A stretch of DNA of 57,130 bases, the filler included, from Sphacelaria rigidula (lineage: Eukaryota), in the NCBI GenBank assembly GCA_964200075.2. It is 8 parts of 8 records of this genome, joined end to end, with 100 filler letters (N's around TTAATTAATTAA, not from the genome) between each part and the next. Parts side by side here need not be neighbours in the genome. Positions count along the whole stretch, not along the records: positions 50,078 to 57,130 come from CAXNAA020016742.1; 7 more parts are not named here. One strand, 5' to 3'. This document shows positions 50,759 to 57,130 of the stretch, one piece after another. Made by a program: the position numbers and the translations under genes. The number at the start of each line of letters is the position of its first letter. The stretch's first letter is position 1. The notes under the pieces are model-generated. The model did not search any database. It was given only the letters and a program-made list of their open reading frames with translations, and was not told the origin of the DNA.

Positions 50759-53700
50759 CTGTATACAGCATGTAAAAGGCAAAGGCAGTGAACGCGTGTA
50801 TGGCCTCGATAGGAATTTGCGAGTTCGCGTGACCAGAAACACGTCGTGGGGAACAAACGAACAAAAAAAAGGTTTTGTTGGGCAAGAAAAAACACACTAC
50901 CGTGTACAAGCTCCTGCGGCTGCGGCCAGAATGTTTAACTATGATGAAAGAAAATACGTGTCTTTCCTTCAGTTTTCAATCGCCGCCTCCGTGAACATTA
51001 ACGCCGAGAGAACTGTCATTTGTTCGGGGACGGATCACAGGATAGGTGTAGGTGTAGGTGTACTGCATACGTTGGACGTGGGTGTCTAGTGATGCAACGC
51101 GCGCAATTGAAGTGAGCAGCGTGTCAGATGGCGACAAACAACATGGTGGAAAAGACACTACAGCTAGTGTTTGAGCGCAGAGAGAACATGGGCTGCTCCA
51201 ACAGCGGCAACATGCATGATACCCTTGACACGGTTGTGCTGTAGACGCGGGTTTCCCATTACCAAACGCTGCGAAAGCGCAGGTCAAATACTGTACAAAC
51301 ATGCCATCACTCATAAGCTCCTCGATGGATATTACCACCTTTCCCGCAACCCTGTCGTCAGCAGAATAAGAGCCCTGCTGAGGACCACTACCGCCTGCTT
51401 TTGGGAAAAATACTGCAGCGTAAATATCGCCATCGCATATCCTCAATACATGACGATTGAGATGCTACGTACTCCCTCATCGTATTTCCTCACGAGAGCC
51501 ATGGTGTGGCGATAACCTGCGTGCCGCGAGTGGTACAGTGGCGTGGTATTGCAAATGCACACCTGTCGGATGGGGGAGTTTTCCTTGGCTGCCTTCGCCA
51601 CCTTATCCTTGATTCTCCGAGCCGCTCTAACCGCATCTTTATTCCCGGGATCCAACTGAGGAACAATGAGAGACGAACACGATGCTGTCGACAGCGCACA
51701 GAAGCCAGCTATGCATGAAGTGTAGTCGCTCTCAAGCACGATCTTGTTCACAGTGAAGATTCTAAACTTTTGTGATCTCCACAACCATAACTCTGTTCGC
51801 AATACAGATTACTCCTGTATGCATCTTTCCTTATCGGTTCACTGCACTTCATCCTCAAATACGAACGCGGACCCAGCGAGTGGGTTAATACTCACAGCTC
51901 TACCGAGGTCTGCAACATCGGTCCACGCACGAGAACAAAAAAAATGTGCGTTTACATGAGCACCGAAGTGGTGGATTATGACTTGCGGTGATGCGATTTC
52001 GTCGTTGTGGAAAAGGGTATGTTCCTTCAGCGGACCACGTCAAAACGAGGGTAGGTGAGAAAAACATTGTGGAGGTGTTGGGGAGTGCCGGTACGGACAC
52101 CCCAAAAAGAGTAGGTGCTCATAGAATGAGTTTTAATGCTATACATCCAACTGTCACGCCGATGCAACCGCCGCTGATGCCGAATTAGTGTACAGATACC
52201 GTTAAAAACCTAGATATATTTCACTGTGAAGTACGTGGTACTTGCAGTCAGCCACAAGAGAAAATGAATCAACTTTACGATCGACAAGGGGAAGGGACGC
52301 TGAACCCCTCTCGCGATAAAAATAAGGAAGACAGCGCAGAGGGAAGGGAGGGTTCTAGAACAAAAGGGAGAAAAAACTTCAGTGTTGGCCTTTCTCCTGG
52401 GTGACCCCAGCTGATGGACCCAAATATATCAAAAAGTGCCGACTGGCGTCCAGAATAGACGGGATGATAGCACGTACACACACGCGCGCGTGCCGATGCA
52501 AACGTGGTGGCTTGGTGTTAACATGCGAATGCTTCTGAAGTCAACATCCCTACATGCATCGCATTCAGGCGTTCAACAACAGAACGGGGTGCATTTAGTG
52601 TTTTGCAAATGCGATGATCTCGACAAGTTTCATTGTACCTCCCGAAGACAGCATGTCATTGGTGGAGATGCTGCGGAGACCTGTATGTCGATGGGCACAG
52701 CTTTCGTGTCCAAATATGCCGTACAGTGGTTGTGGAGATAATCGCGTGCGAACACTTGAAATACGTGCGCACCGATAATAAGGGGCGTTCTTGAAATGTC
52801 GTTACGCTGACGGGCACAGGGTCAGGTATGTACTCTCTCTATCACCCCCCCCCCCCCGACAGCTCGCTTTGCTCTTTCTCACGCACACCTCGATAGCTCG
52901 CTTTGCATCCCTCAAAGCATCCCCGTCTTCTCCGAGTAGCTCCCGTGCAACAGCCCTCCTAAAGTAGGCCTTCACTCTGCCCGGGTCACAGTCTAGAGCA
53001 GCACTGCAGTCTGCAGCACAATCAGCGGCCTGGAGCACGCAATGCAAACATAAATACACAATAGGCAAACACGGGGCTGAGCATTCGAGTGCAGTAGCGA
53101 GGTTGCAATCTACACAATCATCAGCGACTTGAAGCAACACACCACACACGTCCGAAGCGGTAGAGCGACCGAGGGAAAATTCTTGGGGGGGGGGGGGGGG
53201 CGGCACACTTTGAACCGTAGCAATCCCTACCCTCAGCCGAGCGAGGCCCATTGTCTCAAGTGATCAGCTCATCACTGCTTCGTGTTTGCAGCAGCGAAAT
53301 GCTCCAAGTTCGTACTTTACTGAGTCGCATCGCACAGTAGGTACTATGCTATAGTCCCAGCGTCTCCGCGTACCCGCGTACAGTGTTCGACCTCGAAATG
53401 TTGGGTACGCAGTCCAGTACCCACGCACCGTAATCATGATGGTTGATATACCCATGTACCATCATCGCTGCTATCTCTCTCGCCACTGTTGGTGGAATCA
53501 GATTCCAAAGTGCGGTGAGCTGCGACGACGTGAATAACACTCATCAAATAAGATTGAGGAAAACAACCACAGCTGGCATTGGACTCGTTGCGTCCTAATA
53601 TACAGACTGTACGACTGGAAGACATGTAATCCGGCCTCGTAGATACAATGCTCATGAGTAGGACGAAGCAAGACAGATACAACACAGTAGATGCAAAAGA

Positions 53701-56213
53701 TTCCGCATGCTATGACATGTCACGATCGCGCTTGCCTTTCCTTGCTTCAAGAGTACAGCAGCGCGATTGGTGAGGATGGTAGCTCGAAGCTCGACGCCCT
53801 GAGCAGATGAATCGCTGCTGCAACCAGCCAACGCACTGGAGTAGCTCTGTTCGTTTTGCAACAACAAGTTCAAAGAGCCCCCCAAATGCAAAAACCACCA
53901 GGTATGAATGTGAGGCGAACATCAGGCGACACGACATAACAGCAGACCATGGAGTGGAAACCTCAAACTCGAGTGCATTTCTCTCTTGATGAGGAGGGAT
54001 GTTCATCAAATTGGATTGCCTTGATTGATCGATTGATTCATGATGATTTGATCATGATTGATTGATTGTCGCACTTTAGCTGACCCCCCAGGGGTCATGA
54101 TCCAGCCGTGGTGACATGATAAACGTTCCCAAAAAAAAAACTGAAACACTCGCTGAAGAAAAAGAAGGAACAGAAAAAGTCAAACAGAACGACACAGTAA
54201 ACTAAGGCGTAAAACAAAAAAGGAAGAAAAAGTCAATAGAAGCAAAGCACAGGAAGGAAGAAATAGCCGATCTCGAAACAAGAAGAAAAATACGAGAAAA
54301 GGAAAGACGAGAGAAGGAAAAGAAGAAGAAAAAAAGGGAAAAGTCCTAGGGATTCAGGGCAGCAGAGTGAATTGTCGTTGAAAATACCGTAGACTGCAAC
54401 AGATGCTCAAGCCGCCATCGTAAGCGGCGTAGAGAGGCAATAGGTGATCACCCGCGCCATTCGCGCTTACATCTGGGGCTAGAAGTGACTCCCAACAGGG
54501 TCTGTCAGAGACCGTATCTTGCAGACCAGTTCGACTTCACGTCAAGGGGGCTTCTGCAGTAGGTACTTCAGCGGATATCGGCACGAAACAATGAAGGTTT
54601 TACAACGCAGGCTTGAGGCATCCTCCCCTTTCCCCCATTCATTGCCCCCTCATTCATGGTACCGAATAGTGTGGATTGAGAGAAGCGTTGTGGGTTCTGC
54701 AGCGCGCCATGTCGAAATCACGCCCCGTGTGATTGCAGAGGGGGGTGCCAAAATGTACACAGATGAAATTTTCGCGGCTACGGTCTATTTCGATTGTTTT
54801 CCCGAGGTGCGGCTCTCGTTCGAAGGATGGGTAACGGTTGTGTTTGCACGATATAACGATATCGATGGAGGGCAACTGTGTGTAATGTATCGTGTTGCTC
54901 GTCGTGACCGTCGGGTTACGGGCAGAAAATGAAAGGTAGATAATTGATATATATATATATATATAATGACAACATTTTCGCAGTAGTTGAACTATCAAGC
55001 AATACACGCCAGAGTCAAAAGAAAAAACAACGACGCGTTTATTTGCGCCCTGTACGCTCGTGTGCGGTCCTGGTATGCCGATATACTGTCGATACACCAC
55101 GAAGAAAAATGCGATGACTATGCATGGCACACACCATGAAGTACTGTGCCCATATATTGCTCTACAGCCGCTCCATAGAGCGGTTGAAATAAGTCTTTGC
55201 TGTTGGGCACCCGGTGCACCACCGCTCCACTCCCTGTGGAGGGTTCTTATTTTTCTTCACTTGCACACCCCTATGGTGAGACACCCATGAGGCAGTGTGT
55301 GGCCCGAGGCTGTCTCTGCAAGTGGCGATATCAGAAATGAAGCAACATATTTGAGGTGTCATTCATATACAAGATACTCCGTACGCTCCGGGCAAAACAA
55401 TCTTAGCAGGATGCAGCACACCTTTCATGCGACTCGCCGAACAATACTGTACATCACGGCGCTTCGCCTTGGTGAATGATTGCGAGCCTGGTCCGGCGAA
55501 AATCCGGCGGGCCCCGCCCTGGCTTTGTAGGGATGCGAGATCAATGGTCACATGACTACGGCATGCAATATCATGAGTATCCTACCCCCCTGTTGGCTAT
55601 CGCGCCCGCCTCTGCTATTTCATTCACACCGTGCGATCTGTGCACGGGCAACTTTGACTCCGCTTCGTACCCCGCCACAACCTAAGTTCTACGGTATCGT
55701 AGCTCTTGATGACTCTGCATACCACATCATTCATTATACTAGCAGTTCTCACATCAGCATTATCAACCGTCGTCGCAGTGGGAGGCTGTTCAGCAATGTC
55801 CAGATAAACACAGGTCCAGGGCGTCGGGATGGTAGTACAATACAGTTCCATGCGGTACTGGCGGGTGACACACAGGAGTGCGGGGTGTGCGGCATCCACT
55901 GCCCAGCAAAATCGTGCGCTGCGAAGATGAGTTATCAACTTTCTTCATCAATCTTCTAGACCAACAAGCGGTACGATGCAAGCAGATAGTAGCATGGTCG
56001 TTAGGAGCACAATACTCTAGCTCCGTGCAACGGACAGATGCTGCCCGTACATTGTATGTTGTATACAAAATCACTCACCGCCAACGCCTGGTCTAGATCT
56101 CCCGCAGCGAATGCCTTGTTACCCGCTGCTTTCAGCTCTTGGGCACTATCGAGCACAGCGTTTTTCTCTTGAGCATCCTTCGTCTCGTCGGCTCTATTCA
56201 GCATGCTTGCCAT
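50567..56213 (-). CDS. TPR-repeat co-chaperone, UNC-45-like; 5 exons, 3'-truncated by contig end (224 aa visible)
   Basis: Exons 56213-56079, 53846-53736, 53029-52889, 51655-51563 and 50758-50567 all join in phase 0 with CAG acceptors and GT donors (GC donor at intron 2). The spliced product has three TPR motifs (AQELKAAGNKAFAAGD..ALASYSSAL; ILTNRAAVLLKQGKAADCAADCSAAL; VKAYFRRAVARELLG..ALRDAKRAIELDPGNK), then a helical region (ILLALGAMLARE). Confidence 0.85.
51563..51655 (-). CDS. TPR protein exon 4 (LDPGNK...SPIRQ)
   Basis: Acceptor CCTCAG|TTG, 31 codons, the LDPxN TPR cap continues exon 3, donor CAG|GTGTGC. Confidence 0.8.
52889..53029 (-). CDS. TPR protein exon 3 (AADCAADC...KRAIE)
   Basis: Acceptor CTCCAG|GCC, 47 codons with the KAYFRRA motif, donor GAG|GTGTGC. 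Confidence 0.85.
53736..53846 (-). CDS. TPR protein exon 2 (SYSSAL...LLKQGK)
   Basis: Acceptor AACAG|AGC, 37 codons with the NRAA motif, donor AAG|GCAAGC (GC type). Confidence 0.8.
54015..54935 (-). mobile_element. 5'-truncated LINE 3' end (RTE-like) in intron 1 of the TPR gene
   Basis: (ATCA)n-type tail at about 54015-54068; decayed ORF ending in DTVSDRPCWESLL (DRxxW motif). The same 3' UTR recurs at about 30350-30485 and more weakly at 7240-7330. Confidence 0.45.
56079..56213 (-). CDS. TPR protein exon 1 (MASML...DQALA)
   Basis: ATG at 56213, 45 codons, TPR1 helix A, donor GCG|GTGAGT. An additional upstream exon cannot be excluded. Confidence 0.8.
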
Positions 56214-57130
56214 TGTATTATCACCAGTGCCCACGGCACAACGCAGTCCAGTACAGTACAGTGCAATACAGTAACCTGTTACGACTTGTACAGTACAGCA
56301 GCAGCGCAGATGACGGTGAATAACACCCTCTGAGGACGAGTTTTTAAAATGAGACATTCTCGATGACAGCAAACAGTGTTAGCAACACCGAAACTCGCGT
56401 CACTAGATATCCTCGGTAACAAAAGACTATCCACAGGCATAGATGACAACACAGGTACTACTCAAAGACAAATCCGACCTTGAAATCCACCCTGGAATGA
56501 TGACCGCTCATATGCCTCTACCAGTACCGTTACTACTGATTGATACTTCGTACGGTTGCACCCGACGGTATCACGCATCACATGCACATATTCCTGTTGC
56601 CTCGATTAACCAATCATGATTTAGCTACTAGCGGAACTTGACTGTCGGTGTATCACACAGTTCACCTTACGGTTGGTAGGTTCTCGTCGTGCTTCCCCCC
56701 CTTTGCTCGCTCGTATCTGTGCTTCATTGTCAGCCGGTCGGGTAAACTGTTCCGAATCACCTTCAATGTTCTTTACCACGCGTTACCTTGAGTCATTATA
56801 CGAACTGGTGGCGGATCATGCAGGGGTACCCTTGGGAGTACACATCTTTTGTGTTATTTCTGTCGTCACTCGTCACAAGCTCACGAGATCCCACGTGCTA
56901 TCATATACTCTACGTGGTCGATAAATCTCTATCTACGAGTAGCGGTGCCGTCTTTTTATCTCAATTTGGCCTTTGCGGACAAACTCGGTATCATCCTGTG
57001 ATCACTCAATCCAAAGACCAGTCTGGGGTCAGTGGAATGAAAATCTTGATGTGCGTGCAAAAACCCCACTACCACCCCACCCCCCACCCCCCCCCCCCCC
57101 ACCCCCCACAACAGCCACCACACCGATCAA

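Overview
Eukaryotic, intron-rich, transposon-dense DNA. A brown-algal (Ectocarpus-like stramenopile) origin is an inference from intron style, poly-G/C tracts and repeat types. The window is not one locus. It is eight unrelated pieces of 7053-7054 bp (1-7054, 7155-14208, 14309-21362, 21463-28516, 28617-35670, 35771-42824, 42925-49977, 50078-57130) joined by artificial 100-bp spacers (N44-TTAATTAATTAA-N44). One host gene is well supported: five minus-strand exons (56213 to 50567) encoding a 3-TPR protein with UNC-45-like features, with one GC-AG intron, truncated by the contig end. Piece 3 is a frameshifted Ty3/Gypsy gag-protease-RT-RNase H. Its gag-like ORF is interrupted by a 501-bp TIR element with 82-bp tandem repeats and splice-site-like ends. 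The rest is mostly non-autonomous DNA transposons: a TA-flanked family with reciprocal nested insertions, TTAA piggyBac-type elements, foldback MITEs, and a TG...CA MITE carrying TTAGGG repeats. There are also tRNA-derived SINE heads, a LINE 3' end and a second decayed Gypsy. Almost all ORFs in the supplied track are spurious. I found no convincing novel protein-coding system; the interesting signals are in transposon structure.
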